Shown here: in pieces, positions 24,310 through 38,332 of the stretch
How positions within the stretch are numbered: the first letter of the stretch is position 1
How the letters are laid out: the number at the start of each line of letters is the position of its first letter
Source: Mayamaea pseudoterrestris
Lineage: Eukaryota
DNA length: 64,000 bases
Reading direction: 5' to 3'
Assembly (NCBI GenBank): GCA_027923505.1
Contig: BROI01000039.1
Location: 62,001-126,000, forward strand
The notes under the pieces: model-generated
What the model was told of the DNA's origin: nothing
What the model saw: only the letters and a program-made list of their open reading frames with translations
The model's database searches: none
Translations under genes and position numbers: made by a program

Positions 24310-25754
24310 GTTGATATGGCTGTTGCTTGCTTTTCTTGCAGCGTGACAAGCAATGGATCAACGTTCGATCCGTCGTCGCGATAAAATCGACGGTCGCAGA
24401 CGGATGTCCTCCGTGAAACGATGCGACTGATTCAGTACCGGTACGAGGATGTGGACATAAGCCTTTTGTTTCACTTTAGCACGACTGACTGTGGATCTAT
24501 GGATCTATCGTCGACAACTCCTCCATCAATCCTTTCTTTTGTCGCTCAACTTACATCATACTGATTAGCGGTTCATCATATCAGTTGCTACTGGTAAAAC
24601 AAGATTGCACTTCTAAATCAAGGCACTCATTTTGCGAGTAATGAGCACCAGGGTTTTTGCAAGATTTACCACAGAAGAAGAGCACTTGTGACTTGTGCAA
24701 CGAGTGGATAACAAAGTTCGAGCGACACACTGATTCGAGTACTTCCGTACCGTGGCGGGAAAGCTATGTTAAGTTGTAAAGCTAGTGTATTACCGAGATT
24801 GACGGTCTTTGGGACTACCAGGCTCGCGCACCTACACTATTGCAATGGACTGTATCTTCTGGCACGATGCTGCAAATCGCAGGGACGGTAACTGTTCAAG
24901 CTGCCTCGGATGAATAAAAGGCGGCGCCGGTAACTTTTTTTAGGATGTGGACAAGTCTACAGCGATTGAAAATAGCCAGCGCGAAACTACGGTCTCAATG
25001 TCTCGCCGACGCCGCCTCGATGCAGCCTTCTTCAAGCCGACGCCATCCGATGCGGCCTTTCGTTAAGCCAATGAATATCGTTCTGCGGCGGTAACATAGG
25101 ACGTCGTAAGGCCATATCTTTGCATTTGCTTGCAACCATATATGGCCTTCGCTGCCTTTCTATATGCCAACACACACTGTATGCAGCTGCGTCTTCGCCA
25201 ACTGCCATGATAACATGCGCCCACTCGCGTCAGCGTCACATTAGAGGACGTCAACAGCCTCTCAGACGACGTGCGAAGGATTTTTGGAGCTACATCGAGT
25301 CTCGACGAACGTCAGACAAACATGCAAAACAGCGATACATCCAAACGACTTCCTTTTATTGATTCGTCAAATTCTTCTCAGTCTTGTTCAAAGGAACAAC
25401 CGTAAACTCACTTACTGTCGCCATAAAAGTACATGAAAATATGGCTTGTGCTTAAGTACGTTTGTGAGTAGAAAGCGTCGTAGTTTACGGTTAATAGGCG
25501 TTATTTACAACTGGACGCACGACTCACATTACTCCGAACCAAGACCAACCACGTGCGCAATGACGCATACCGTACCACCAATGCTCATTGCGATTGGAGG
25601 ATTTAGGTTCACGCCTTTTTGGCCGACCGATTTCTTTGAAGCATGTGGATCCGCCAAGTTCACGGATCTTCGGAGAGAGATTCGCACGTAAAGGCTGGCC
25701 AAAGTGTGCATCAATGTCATGCTCACAATTCGAGAAAGCGAGTAAGTTGAAACG

Positions 25755-27105
25755 ATGAAGATCTCTCAAGCCCTCCCCACTGTCCTCGTCCTCGCTAGCG
25801 CGATGGTTACGCATGGCGCCGGGTGTGAGACTGCCTACGCCCTATGCCAGAATACGTTGAGTCAATGCTTCATTACCGACCCATTGATCAAGTCTGAACA
25901 GTGGGGTTGGAATAACAAGATTGTCAACAGCCCTTTCGGACCACCGCCGATCAAGTGCACCATGTACGCTGGAGCTGCCGGGTGCGACACGGATGTTGGC
26001 GAGAACGTTGGAACCGTGACCATTAAGCCCAAATCCTTCTCGATTGATTGGGATGCAGGATGGGATGTTCAGGAAGTGCACTTCTACCATGGCACTGATC
26101 CGTACCCAACGAGTAATGGCGCGTACACTGTCGCTCCTGGTCAGTATTCTACCAAGAACTATTCAAGTTCGGCAACGACGTGGACAATCTATGATGGGCC
26201 ATTGTCCATCGGAGATTATTTCATCCTTCATGCGAGTGTCTGCCCAAGCGTAAGTAACTGACGAGTGTTGCCTACCGGTAGCTATTTGGTATTCTTGCCG
26301 TTCGTGTGTCTTACAAAGCCTTACTAAAACAAACAGGGTACTACTGCATCACCCACCTATGCCCCTACTTCGTCCCCAACGGATTCCCCCACGAAGGTAA
26401 GTTTTGCCCGCCTCGTTCTACGAGCCATCTGCTGTTGCTTGCAGTGACATCTAACCTAAAAATCAACTGCTGTTGTACTCACAGAGTCCCACCGCATCAC
26501 CAACCAATGCCCCGACTTCGTCGCCAACTGATGCCCCTACAAAATCCCCAACGTCCAGCCCGACTCAGTCTCCCACCAAGTCACCTACGTCGTCGCCATC
26601 TGCTGCGCCGAGTCCGGTACCCAGTCCTAGTCCATCTCTACGTCCCACCAGCGCTCCTACTGCCGCACCAACTGCCGGAAAATGCGAAACTGCCTTTGCC
26701 AAATGTGAAAGTGTCGCCAACGTTTGCTTCTTGGACGATTCGATGGTAGCGTCCTTTCAACGATGGGGTTGGAAAAACAAGCCAACCAACCCGGGCACCT
26801 TTACGTGCACACTTTGGGCCGGAGCTGCTGGTTGCGACACTAGCAAGGGTGCCAACGCTGGCACCGCAAGCTTCGAAAGCGGAGACAGTTTTTCGATTGA
26901 TTTGAACGCAGGATGGAGCTTGAAGGAGGTTCACTTTTACCACGGCTTGAAGAAGTATCCCAAGGACTCCAGTGGCAAGTACACTGTCGCTCCCGGTCAG
27001 TACTCGCAATCAAATTACGATCCATCTTTGACCACTTGGACCATCGATGAGGGAGGCTTGGAGTCGAATGAATATTTCATTTTGCACGCGGTTGTCTGCG
27101 AGTAG
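25755..27105 (+). CDS. Secreted protein with two homologous Cys-containing domains separated by a Ser/Pro/Thr linker, 3 exons
   Basis: Signal peptide. CETAYA/CETAFA...WGW.N...C..YAGAAGCD...EVHFYHG...YTVAPGQYS...YFILHA.VC occurs twice. Linker has SPT repeats. GTAAG donors at about 26250 and 26397. Confidence 0.8.
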
Positions 27106-27459
27106 TTTGTCTCATAAGTAACTAGCGCAACTGTTGACCCGCCAAATGACTGCTTATAAAGTACTTTTGAAAGCTGTTCCAATTCTGTAGTTTTAACAGT
27201 GAGCCAACTACAAGATAACCATGACGGAAGTAACATGACAATACAGCATATTTCTCTGCTACTTCCATAATTGACGGGAATATGGAGAGGCCCAGCAGCG
27301 GACCATGTTGTGGACTATTGCACGTCGACGAAACATTGATTTGTCTCACCGGTTGATACTGAGACATCTTGATCGGGTCGACGGATGTGTGGGATGCAGC
27401 GAACACACACCTCGCCTTGATCTTGCGCACGCATCAACTTCGTTACTCGCATTACAAGC

Positions 27460-28293
27460 ATGTCGGCTACAAAGTCTTCACAATCTGCTCTCGCTCACTT
27501 GAAGCGTCTCAAACCACTGGACGGCTGGGCGCTCGACTTCAAGTCCAACACTGTTCGCTTGCTTCGCCGCAACGTGCCAGTAAGCGAAACGTACTTTCTT
27601 GGCTTGCATGTTACTCCACAGAATCAAGTAGTTGGAATATTGACGGAAAGCAAGAATGGACAAGCACAGGGACAAGCGCTGGTGGACGAAAAGAGAAATT
27701 TAGTCAAGTCTGTTTCGATTGTTTCCGTCAAGGACTGGAAGAAGACGACCGAGACTGCACATGCCTCATCGACGGCTCGCTCCAACTTTTCGAGCAGCAA
27801 CGCAAGCAACAATTCATCGATACCATTCTCTCCAGACGAAAATAAGCAACTACTTCAATACGCTGCGATAGCAGTCGGGGCTGCAATCTTTCTCAAGATT
27901 CTCTTGTCGTCGCTGTCGGGTCTATTGATCCTTATACTACCTGCTGCATACGTTTACTGCGTTTTGAATTGTCCATCGGAGGATTCGTTTGACATTAAGC
28001 AGCAACTGAAGCGAGTCATGCGAGGTCAACACTTACCAGAGACTCATCCCGACAAGCCAAAAGGCTTCTTCTCCGAAACCTTGGCAAGATTTCAAGCGAC
28101 TGTCGCGACGGAACTTAGCACGTCGCTTGGCTACAATCTTAACATGATTAACGTTATTAATGCGGCGCTGGTCGCCAATGTGCATGTTCCAAGCATCGAG
28201 CGAGAGTTTTATTGGCTTGGCGTGAACAATCATTGGTATTATCTGTTTTCGAGCAGTACTTCGTCGACGGCGAGGCCAACGCGATCGGTTTGA
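27460..28293 (+). CDS. Hypothetical membrane protein
   Basis: 277-aa ORF with two adjacent hydrophobic segments (LLQYAAIAVGAAIFLKILL; LLILILPAAYVYCVL). Confidence 0.7.
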   Translation: MSATKSSQSALAHLKRLKPLDGWALDFKSNTVRLLRRNVPVSETYFLGLHVTPQNQVVGILTESKNGQAQGQALVDEKRNLVKSVSIVSVKDWKKTTETAHASSTARSNFSSSNASNNSSIPFSPDENKQLLQYAAIAVGAAIFLKILLSSLSGLLILILPAAYVYCVLNCPSEDSFDIKQQLKRVMRGQHLPETHPDKPKGFFSETLARFQATVATELSTSLGYNLNMINVINAALVANVHVPSIEREFYWLGVNNHWYYLFSSSTSSTARPTRSV

Positions 28294-28449
28294 AAATGTG
28301 CGGCGAAAGGCGAAAGAATAACGGTGGTCACATTTTTTGCATAATATACTGACTGCTTTATGACTGTTCTAAATTATTATAGTATTGTAGTCGGAGTACT
28401 TTCCACGCAGCAAACGCATGCACTTGTATCCAACCCATACCTCCGATGA

Positions 28450-31400
28450 CTACAAAGCGCGCGGCTTCTTGTCGACGACGACAACTTCGACGCTGGAATC
28501 ATCCAACGACGGCCGCTTAAGGCCGGCCTTGGCCGAATGCGCAACAATTTCGACGCTGCTGTCGTCGCTCATAGCAACATCCACCACATATCGCGCATCA
28601 ACGTCATGGAGTGCCTTGGCGAGCAGACTCGCACGACTTTGGACGGCGCGTTTGGACACTCCAATATTTTGCAAGGTGAGTTTTGCAGCAGACTGGGAGA
28701 ATACGTAGAGACGACGTTAGTCATAGCGCGTCTCGTCATCGCAACGCAAACAACTGCTAGCTCAACTTACGACCTCAGTGATACCATAGTCTTGGGTGTC
28801 GAGGTGGACAGAGTTAAAGCCCTTCCGGATAAGCCGCTGAAGCAACAGCATGTCGTGTGCGGCATCTTTTTCATGACCGACACCTACGCCCCTCCATCCG
28901 ATTCCAAGCTCCCACTTTTCAGACGCAACAGATTCACTTGCCTCACTGACAAGCTCAGTAATTAGTGCATCTCTCGTGACAAAAATGTTCCGAAGTCGTG
29001 AAATGACAGCCACTTGTTGCAAAATATTGTAGCAGCCTCGTTTGTCAACGCAGGCAGCAATCACAATGCAATGGCGATCTTCTTCGGGCAAGTCCTCCAT
29101 AAAGTCTTTTGCGGTAAATCCCAACGGAGCACCTGCGCTGTCGACGAGTTCTAAACTTGTACTCCAGCGATGAACTTCAGTTTCCATCCAGTGCAACACC
29201 TTGGGATCCAACCCTATATCGCCTTTCCAAACAGGCAACCCAGGTTTTTTGGAAAGAAAACGTTGTAGCCGAGGAAACATCATTACAGACTTCTTAGCAA
29301 GTTTCTCGGGGTCATCGGCGTACTCGCTAGCCTGAGAACATGCAGCCTCTCTCATGTTGTAGCGACGCTTTGCGTTGTATAGCACTGCTTCCGAATTCCC
29401 TTGAATGCGTCCCTTTGCTTGCTGAACACTCGCCAGCTTCGCCTCTTCCTGCTTTAAGCCGTCTTTCGCACTTTGAATAAGAATCTGACTGAAGCGGTAC
29501 CAAGTCAAAGCGTAGTCGTTGCACGCAACATTTTTCAACAATAATGACTTCCAATCATGTTGCCACACGGGGAGTCCTACTGCACATGCCACTTTCAGTA
29601 TGAGCGTTTCAATTTCAGTAAGATCGAGCAAGTCATCCGAATTTTCTTGGCCTCGTGTGACCACGTACAACTTCCGAGCCGCTGCATCGAAAGCGCGATC
29701 ACCAGATGTCTTTGAGTCGCTTGGAGATTTATTATCGGAGCCAGCAAACGTCTGCAACACATTCGCATCAAGGACCGCCCTTTCAGTAGGAAACATTGCC
29801 TCCTCAGTTTTGCTCGGGATCGGGTCATCGCCCAAAATCACACGAAGCACATTCTTATACAGGCGCGACTTGGTGGAGGTTAGTTCTCGCTTGACTAAAT
29901 CCAAATGATCGACGATTCTTTTCATATCCGAGAAGCGTTCTTTTTGCTGCTTCGCAGACTCGGCTAGTGTTAAGGCCTCGTTTCTGGCAAGCGCGCACAG
30001 ACTCTTTTTTCTATATAAATATTTCTGTGGCGGCGCCTTCATGATTCCGCGGAGAAGCTCGGCCAGAAGTGCATTAATTCGTTGGCTTTGATCCAATACT
30101 GCAAATGGGTACGACGGTTGTTGAATCACTTGTTTCGTTAAGGTGGTAGTAGCCTCCCCAACTGGGTGATGGATCGATTGCCGAGCTAGTAACAGTTTTG
30201 CCCGAGCAAGCAAATCCTTCTGCGAAGGAAGGTCCTGCGCGACATTCGAATCCGGCTCGTGAGCAGCGCTAGCACTTTTCAAAGCCATTTCGTCAACTAT
30301 CCAAGGGAGGTAGAAATTGCCGTCGCCATCTTCACCCGCTTCACTTTCATGCGATTGTTTCAGTCCGTATGCTTTCTTCAGTTCGTCCACTCGTATGCCC
30401 TTCATTTCGTTCAGAAGATCTACGTTAGCGTTGAGAAAAGATGCAGTACGACGAGCGACGGCGAGGACGTCAGTGAAGCTCTCCCTGAGATTTTGCGCCG
30501 AGGGGTCTACGCTCGAGTTGCGCGTACCATCGAAAGGAGGTCCCCATTTCATGCTTGAGTCTTGCGCAATTGCCCGGCAACTCGCGTCTTGCTCAATCCA
30601 GCCATGCTTTGCAATTGCGCAGATCAAGGTGGCATCGTGAGCTACCACCCATTGCGGATGCGGAACTTTTGACTTCCGCTCGACAGTCATCAATGCTGCT
30701 TCAAGCTTATCCGTTACAGAACCCATTGAGGGATTGGCGATCGCTTCTTTGTATAAAGTATTGGCGCTTTCCATATATATACATGTCTTCAAGTTTCTTC
30801 TAGGAAGGCTTACTTTTCTGGGCCTTGTTCGGTCATACAAAAGTTGCAAACAACCGTAGCGCTCCATGAAACTTTGGATCTTATCAGCTGTGACGTTTTC
30901 ATTGTTCAATTCAAGTTCGACTTCACGCTCCTTCAACTCGTGATCTTGGCCACGTCTCCTGTCCAAGTTGTGCAGATCAAGCACGCGGCTGCAAACATGC
31001 TCTAGGTCTGGGTGCAGCTTGCTAGCAGCTTGCATGACGGATTGCTGTGTCCAATACTAACAAGTCGGCAATCTTCGTCAGTTCACTGGTGAATGACATA
31101 ATGAAGGTACTTTGTAGCACTTACCTGCTTATCGTCAAATTCATATTTCGTCTTCCCAGCCTTGTCACCTTCCGTCAACAGTGTTGCTTTCCACCCTCGA
31201 TTCTTTAAAGATTGCCATGTCTGTGCAAAACTAGATGCAATCGCTGAATCCGTTTCTGCCTTGGACTTGAACGTTTCCGGTCGTAGCGTTTGCTCGATTG
31301 AGTCGGAATCTCGTGGCTGGTTTGCTTGCGCGAACGCGACGGCGTCGCACAGAGCCTTATTAATCCAATTTTTGTTTTCTTTCCACAACTCCTCGAACGC

Positions 31401-34400
31401 ATCTTTTGCGATTCTAATTTCTTGGTCAGCTGTAAGTTTTATCAGTGCTGTTCGAGCTAGCATACCTCCGTTTCCAGCGTCGTCTTTAAACGCATCTTTT
31501 GGTGGTTCCATCTCACGTTTCCGGCGCTTTGCTATGACTTCAGCCACACTTTCAAGAAAGGTCATAAATATGACGCTCCACATCATGCGATGAACCTAGA
31601 AGCAGAATGAATGAGTAGTGGTCGCGCCGTACACGAACTGGACCAAGAATGGCTGTCGTTAAGACTTACCTCTTGGTCAGGGAATGAACTGCGTGGACCA
31701 GCAGCCTTGAACAACTCGATGATTCGACAATTGTAGCCATGGGTAGACATCAGCTTTATGATGTGCTCAAAGTCTCCTCTCCCCCATTCGCCCTTCTCCG
31801 GAACGCCTCCCCATCGGTATCGTTCCTGATCTCCTTGTTCGTTGTTGTCATCGTCATTCTCATTCGCGTCAGATGCATCCGAATCCGACACCAAGAGAGC
31901 ATCCTCGACGTCTGCGGCCAACGCCGTTTCTGCGTACGACTTCATCTTAAATTTCTCTCGACGCGATGTCAAAGCTTCCTGCAGCACAGCCTCAACGGCC
32001 GTCTCACCGACAACTTTCTTCCAAAATTCAGGATCATCAACATCTAGGCAGATAAACGCATCAGAAACAATGATTGTAGATCAATCGTCATATTCAACTC
32101 ACCTACGTCTTCATAATTGACATTCCCCGAAGCGTCCGGCGACTTCGCCACTTTGAAGCTGGCTTTTGAAAAAGTACTGCCAGCAGCAGACCTATTAGTG
32201 CCATTGGTACCTTCGTGTACAACAGTCCGCGCATGCCGCTGCATAATCGTGTCAATGTCTTGCTGAATAAATTCGTTTGATTCATCTTCAGCCTTCCCCT
32301 CTTTATCCTCCTTAAAGATCTCATAGGCACCATTGCGAAGTAATCTTTCGATCTCTTCCTTTGACAGCGCGCCCTCACCACTGGCGCCAACCTCAAATCC
32401 ATTTAACACTGCCTGGTCAAGACCCATCTTTAAGCTTGCCATATGGAACATCTGGACTTCATATGTCTTGCGGGTCAGCAGGCGATATACCTAAATAGAT
32501 TGCACAGAAGTGTCAGCAGAGTGTGACGCCCACGATAATGGCACCAATGTAAGCACGAACCTTTACGCTCTTGGTTTGACCAATGCGATGACACCGTCTA
32601 CAGTTTGGAAGAACAGAAGATAAGATAGAAAAATTAGCCGATGCGTTCAACGACTGTCTTAATCTCCGTAGCATACTTACGCTTGTCTGCGTCGCAACAG
32701 ACGAACAAAAAAGGGAAGGAAGTGTGAGCATTAGTATGCAAAAAAGTGGTTTGGTAACGCAATCTCCTGCACTGTAACGTACGCTTGTCTGCAGCATCGT
32801 GAAAAGAATGAGAAGAAGAATAGACGGTGCGTTAGACGTGATGCCAGGGACAAACAAACAAATTTTACCGGCATGTATGACCTACAAGTCGGCCTGTGGG
32901 TTCCAGTCAGAGTCAAAGATAATTACCGTGTCCGCTGCAGTGAGCGTTATACCAACCCCACCGCTGCGAGTGCTCAACATCATAATAAACGGCGACTCCC
33001 GTCCCTCGGTAGGCGGTGCCTGAAATCGATCAATCGCCTGCTGCCGTCTGTGGCCCGTAACTGAACCATCAATTCGCTCAAATACCATATGTCTTGATTT
33101 GAAGTAGTCTTCAAGAATATCAAGCATAATCTTGAACTGCGAGAACATGAGGACACGGTGCCCTTCTTCCTTCAGACGCGGTAGCAGTTTATCGAGTAGC
33201 ACAAGCTTCCCCGATGCCTTTACAAGGAGATCAGCTTCAGATAGACTTTTATTCTCTGCTTGGGCTCGAATAACATCCTCGACGCCATTCAAAAGGAATG
33301 TATGGTTGCAGCACTTGCGCAACTGCATCGCGAGATTGCTAAGACTCGGCCCATCCATCGCCTTCTTCTTCGTTTTGTGGAGAAACCCGACATTCTTCTC
33401 GTACAGCGCGCGGTAGTACTGCTTCTGCATCATAGTCATTTCAATTTCAATTAGCGTCTCTTCCTTTGGTGGCACCGACTTCTCCACGTCTTCCTTGAGG
33501 CGTCGTAGAATAAACGGTCGGATCTCTTCGTGAAGCCCATCAATTGTTTCTTTGCTTTTCATATCAGCATACTTGTCATTGAAGTCATCTGGGTCCGCGA
33601 ATTGATGAGGTTCAATGAAATTTAATAGCGTCCAGAACTCTGAAATTGAATTCTGCAGTAAAGGAATCGTATTTCATAAGGGCATTTAGACACCACAGCC
33701 TATTAGACATCGAGAGGATTACATCCAGCGCGTACCTGAATTGGGGTCCCAGTGAGCAGGAGCTTAAAATTGAAAGAGAACTTTGGGTCGCGCAGCTTGA
33801 CTGCCAGTTTTGACGTATGATTCTTTAAACGATGGGCCTACAGCGACGAGCACGTTTGTCAGAATGTGCAAAAGACGAGAATTAACCACATCAACAATCT
33901 TACCTCATCGACCACCAAGCACTCCCATTCTACAGCAGTTAGCTCACTGACATCGTCGGCGATCATCATTTCAGGCGTCGTCAAAACAACGTCGACCATC
34001 CAGGGACAATCCGTCTTGGTGCGCTTGGGTGAACCGCACTTCTTAAGGTAGAGTTGATTGATGCCGACAGTTTGAGACGGACGGTCATCGTGGTACGCAA
34101 ATTCATGATAACGTAAGTGTTTCCTATCATTCGCTGAGCCGTAGTAGACAATAGTGTTCAAATCGGTCCACGCCTGAAATTCACGTTTCCAGTGAATCAG
34201 TGTCGACAAAGGAGCTATGATCAAAATGGGCCCAAATACACATATCTGTTTGATTATAATGTTCATTGAAGCGGCAGTTTGAAGCGTCTTGCCGAGGCCC
34301 TGAGACAGCGAGTCGATGTAACGTTAAGCGGATTGAAATGCATACGGCAATTACCTCGGCGATTATGTGTTTGCAACTTACCATCTCATCCGCAAGAATA

Positions 34401-36005
34401 CAAGAACGATTGTTGATATAATTAGAAAGCATCCAAGCAACGCCTTCTGCCTGATAATCACGAAGCTGGCCGCCATTTTTAAATTCAAGATTCTGAAGCG
34501 CGAGCTTGTACTCCTCCACCGCTTCTTCCTTGCTTTGTGCGTCAATGGGGCTCTTTTCGCCGAAAATCTTATACAATCGACGCCGTTCCTTTTCGCAAAC
34601 TCTGAGCAACTCTCGCGTGACCGACTTTTTTGGTTTTGTCCGTCGCCGAATAAAGCCTTTCACCTCGTCCTTGTAATCAACGTCTGCGAGAATTAGATCC
34701 CTTTCAAACTCATATGATGCGTCGTCATAACATGTGTTACCCCACTTGACGAGGAACTGCCGACCCGTTCCTTGGTCAAAATCCTTGTGCAGTCGATCCA
34801 AGATTATACCATAATCCTCTAGTGTCGCCTTGTCTTCATTCTCAATCGTCAATGCAGGGCAGCCATCTAGCGGCTCAACATCCAAAATGCGCTCAATCTG
34901 CGTCCATGCCGGATCGAAGTAGTCTCCGTCGCATCGTTCGTCCGCTGACAATAGTACTCCATTACTCATCTTTCGAAAGAAGGTTGTCAATTGCGCCTTT
35001 GACTTGTTGAGCGTATAGCTGTCCAAATCGACCTGCGTCTCCCAAGAGCAGTGAAGGTAGCTCAAGTCACTCCACTTGACGAGGAAGCGTTCCTCAAACA
35101 CATTCTCCATGTCAACTGACGGATCGACTTCTTGATGCCAGCGACTGCCCGTATCAATCTCTGAGGTTTGAATTTTAGCGCAGATTGCTCTCCATGTTGC
35201 CAATGTTTCGGTCCGAACAGCCAGAATGCGGTGAACCCTGAGCGGCTCCCCATCCTCCTCCATTTCGTCGTCGTCGTCATCATCCGACTCACTCTCGGCT
35301 GAACCATCATCCGAAAAGGATCCGTCAGCATCTGCATCCATGGCTGTTGTCGAATGGTCCAGTGACAAGCGAGGCTTGGCGTGCCGTCGGGCCGAAGACT
35401 TTGGCGGACTGCCAAGTGAGGCCAAGGAATCGCGAAGACCACTATCCGGCTTATTGCTGCGTTGTAATCCTCCGGTCCTCTTCTTTGCCGGCGGTGGTGG
35501 CGACTCGCTTTCACTCTCATCCGTATCTTCCAACGTTTCTCGCATGGATCGCTTCATGCGAAAGTCTGCGTCGGACGGTTCCGTCATGGTTTTGGTGCAT
35601 TTCGTGGTGCGCGAGGAAATGCGACGATACCCATTCTTGGTTGCCGCAGGTTTCGCAGACCGGCTGCTAGTCTGCGCCGTTCGTGAACTCTTGCGTCGAG
35701 CGACTGGTTCCTCGCTTGATTCTTCTTCCTCGTCTTCGCTCGTGTTTGAGCTTTGATTGTCGTCGTCGACTGCATCCTCGTCGCCAACGCCAGAGGTGTC
35801 GTCATTCTTGTCGTCATCATCGTCTTCACTTGCCGCAACATCTTCATTCTTTGCCAAAAAGTCAGTCTGCTTGATTTGGCGAGTAGTGCGACGGAGGTTC
35901 AGCTCATCCTGCGGTTGGCAAATTGAATTTGGAAGCGTGAGAGTTGTATAACGAGCAGCGTAACGAATGCTCGGCGACATGAGCCAGACTTACGGACGAC
36001 GACAT
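28450..36005 (-). CDS. CHD-family (CHD6-9/Kismet-like) chromodomain SNF2 chromatin remodeler; many exons, including two 6-nt microexons
   Basis: Two chromodomains (FLVKWSDLSYLHCSWE; FLVKWGNTCYDDASYE), [94 protein letters not shown]. 12-nt first coding exon 36005-35994. Confidence 0.92.
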
Positions 36006-36600
36006 GGTCGCAAGTACAACTCAGCCAAGATGCAACAGTCGAATCAATAGGCAAGGCTAGATAAGATGTATTGGTATATTGCTACTGTATGACTGCCTCT
36101 TCTTTCCCAAGCTCGATCATCCAGAGGTGTCGCGGTTGCCTCGATGTTTTCCAAGGTCTCGCCTTGGCGGTTTCGCATTGGGACGAAATGGATGAGGGGG
36201 CGCCCCCGCGACATTACTTTGCTGATGATACAGCTAATTTTTTCGCACCTCTACCCTCGACTTTAGCTATCCATGAGCTAAGTCCACGCAGAATTAGAGG
36301 CCAGCAGAGCATTAATTCTGCTAGGATATGGTCCGAAATTTATCTACAATCCGAACCTGCTAGACCAAGAACCACACTAGCATGCTATGAAAGTCTCATC
36401 AGTCTGAAGCGTAGACCACTGCTGTATATTCGATCTACCCCTACTATGCATCTCTTTTACAAAAGCAAACTTCTACACCCAGTCTCCACAATGAATCTAT
36501 CAAAGCTCAAGCTATCTCCTCTCCGTGGCCAAGAAAAACGGCGACATACTAAGCATGTGATTTGCTTGTGTAAGCAATGTGCATTATTACTTTCTGCCAG

Positions 36601-38170
36601 CTACAATGCTACTGCGCCATTTTGTGCATAGTTCATCAACAAGTCGTGGTGATGACGCTGATGGTGCCGAGTCGTCATTGCAGTCGTCTCGCCATGGCGT
36701 TGATTGCTCACGTCAACAGGATATGCGTCGGCGTATAGAGAAGCATCTTGATGGTTTATTGCGTCACCGTCATTGCCGTCGCGGATATTTTCACCACCTC
36801 GCCTTGCGCGTAGCTTTTTGCGAAAGGATGCCTTGGCTTCATCGGAAAGTTTGCTGCCGGCATCGCTCCGACGCTTGCGGTCAACTTCACCGCGGCGTTC
36901 GCAAACCGATTGAGCAAGCGCCGTATGAAAGCCCTTGTCGCGGCCCCATGCGTGAGCAAGGTCTGCTTGCGAGAAGGATGTTGGATGAGTTGAGTCGTGT
37001 ACCCCGGGAGTATAGTAGGATGCAACGCAATCTACCCTATACATACCTTTAAAGTTGGCATAGGGGGTTCCTCCGCTAAGCATGAGCGTTTCGACGAGCG
37101 CCTGCAGCAAGCACGAAAAAGCATGAAAACGTAAGCTACAGCTAAGAGAGATGCGCAAAGCAGGAGCGACAAGATCAATAACGTTACATAAACCAAGGAT
37201 CAAACATAGACTTACCAATTGTCGCTCCCAAGGCTCCAACTGCTGCGACAAGTTTGAAACAAGAAACATGCCTCTTGCTCGTCGCTCGGCATTGCGATGC
37301 CAGCCCGCTTCTCGATGCCGCTCGTGTCGCAGAAACGTAATGAGAGGCATGACGCAAGTGCCTGGAGGCGGATGAAGAGGGTCGAGTGGATCGTTCCGTG
37401 CTGCTGCTTTCGAAGTTCTAGGCGCAGCTGCTGCAAGGTCAAGCGCATCAATATTGCCTTCCCATATAATTGATGCATCAGTTGGCGCCGTCATTGTCTC
37501 GCCGTGAAGTTGTTGATGCTGCTGCTGAGGCGCAACTGGTCTTATACGCATATTGACTGGACGAAAGGCAATGGACGCTGGAAGAATTGTGTCATAGACC
37601 GACTCTCCCTCGGGCGGCGGAGGCTGCTCACTGACAGGTTGCTCCTCTGGACAGTTAATGGACTTCCAGTGGCGCTTACACATGCCATCATGAGTGCCCT
37701 GCGCTTGCTTTTCGCAGCCTGCAACATGGAAGAGGCGAGAAATTCGATATCAAGTTGAGTCGTGGATGCAAACGATTGGAGTTGATGGTACCATCCGAAA
37801 TTCAATACTCACCATCTATGCGGCAACGCTTCGTCTTGGCTCCATGCCGCTGACAATGTCCCTGTGACTTGATCACGCGGGTACATCCTGGAAAGCGACA
37901 CAATCGCTTGCCCTTGGGAGCATCATCACACAATGAGGATGCGCCTCCTCCGTCGACTAGCAAATCGGCTCGAGCATCGTTTAAAGCAGCAGCTACATGG
38001 TAGGCTTGCTGATGATGAAGGCTCACATGGTCACTGCTGCTACTGCCTCCAGCAAAACTCATAGTGTTTTCCTGTCGATGCACTAGCAATGGGTCCATTG
38101 CCGCGTTCATAATGCCAATGTCGCGCCTCGTTATGAGTGAGTAATGATCCATCTGCAATGCAAGAGTCAA
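36601..38170 (-). CDS. Stramenopile WRKY19-like Cys/His zinc-finger repeat protein, multi-exon
   Basis: CRFPGCTRVIKSQGHCQRHG and, across an intron at ~37810-37719, CRIDG|CEKQAQGTHDGMCKRH. Further introns near 37214-37102 and 37047-36963. Confidence 0.7.
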
Positions 38171-38332
38171 GTCGTGCGGCGAGCTCTAGAAACGTCTGTT
38201 CGTCGTCGGATCGTAGTTCGTGATGACGTCATTTGCGTAGAATCCACGTGGGTTCAGTATGACGCCAGCTGTTTCAGTCGGAAGCAATCGTTGTCCTCCA
38301 CAGTGAAAAGCTTTTATCACACTTCATCGAAG

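Noticed and set aside
24400..25700. Short ORFs in the long intergenic region
   Set aside because: No motifs or coherent exon structure that I could support.
36071..36631. 186-aa + strand ORF
   Set aside because: Non-ATG start, no recognisable motifs, and it lies in the CHD upstream region overlapping the neighbouring gene's 3' end.
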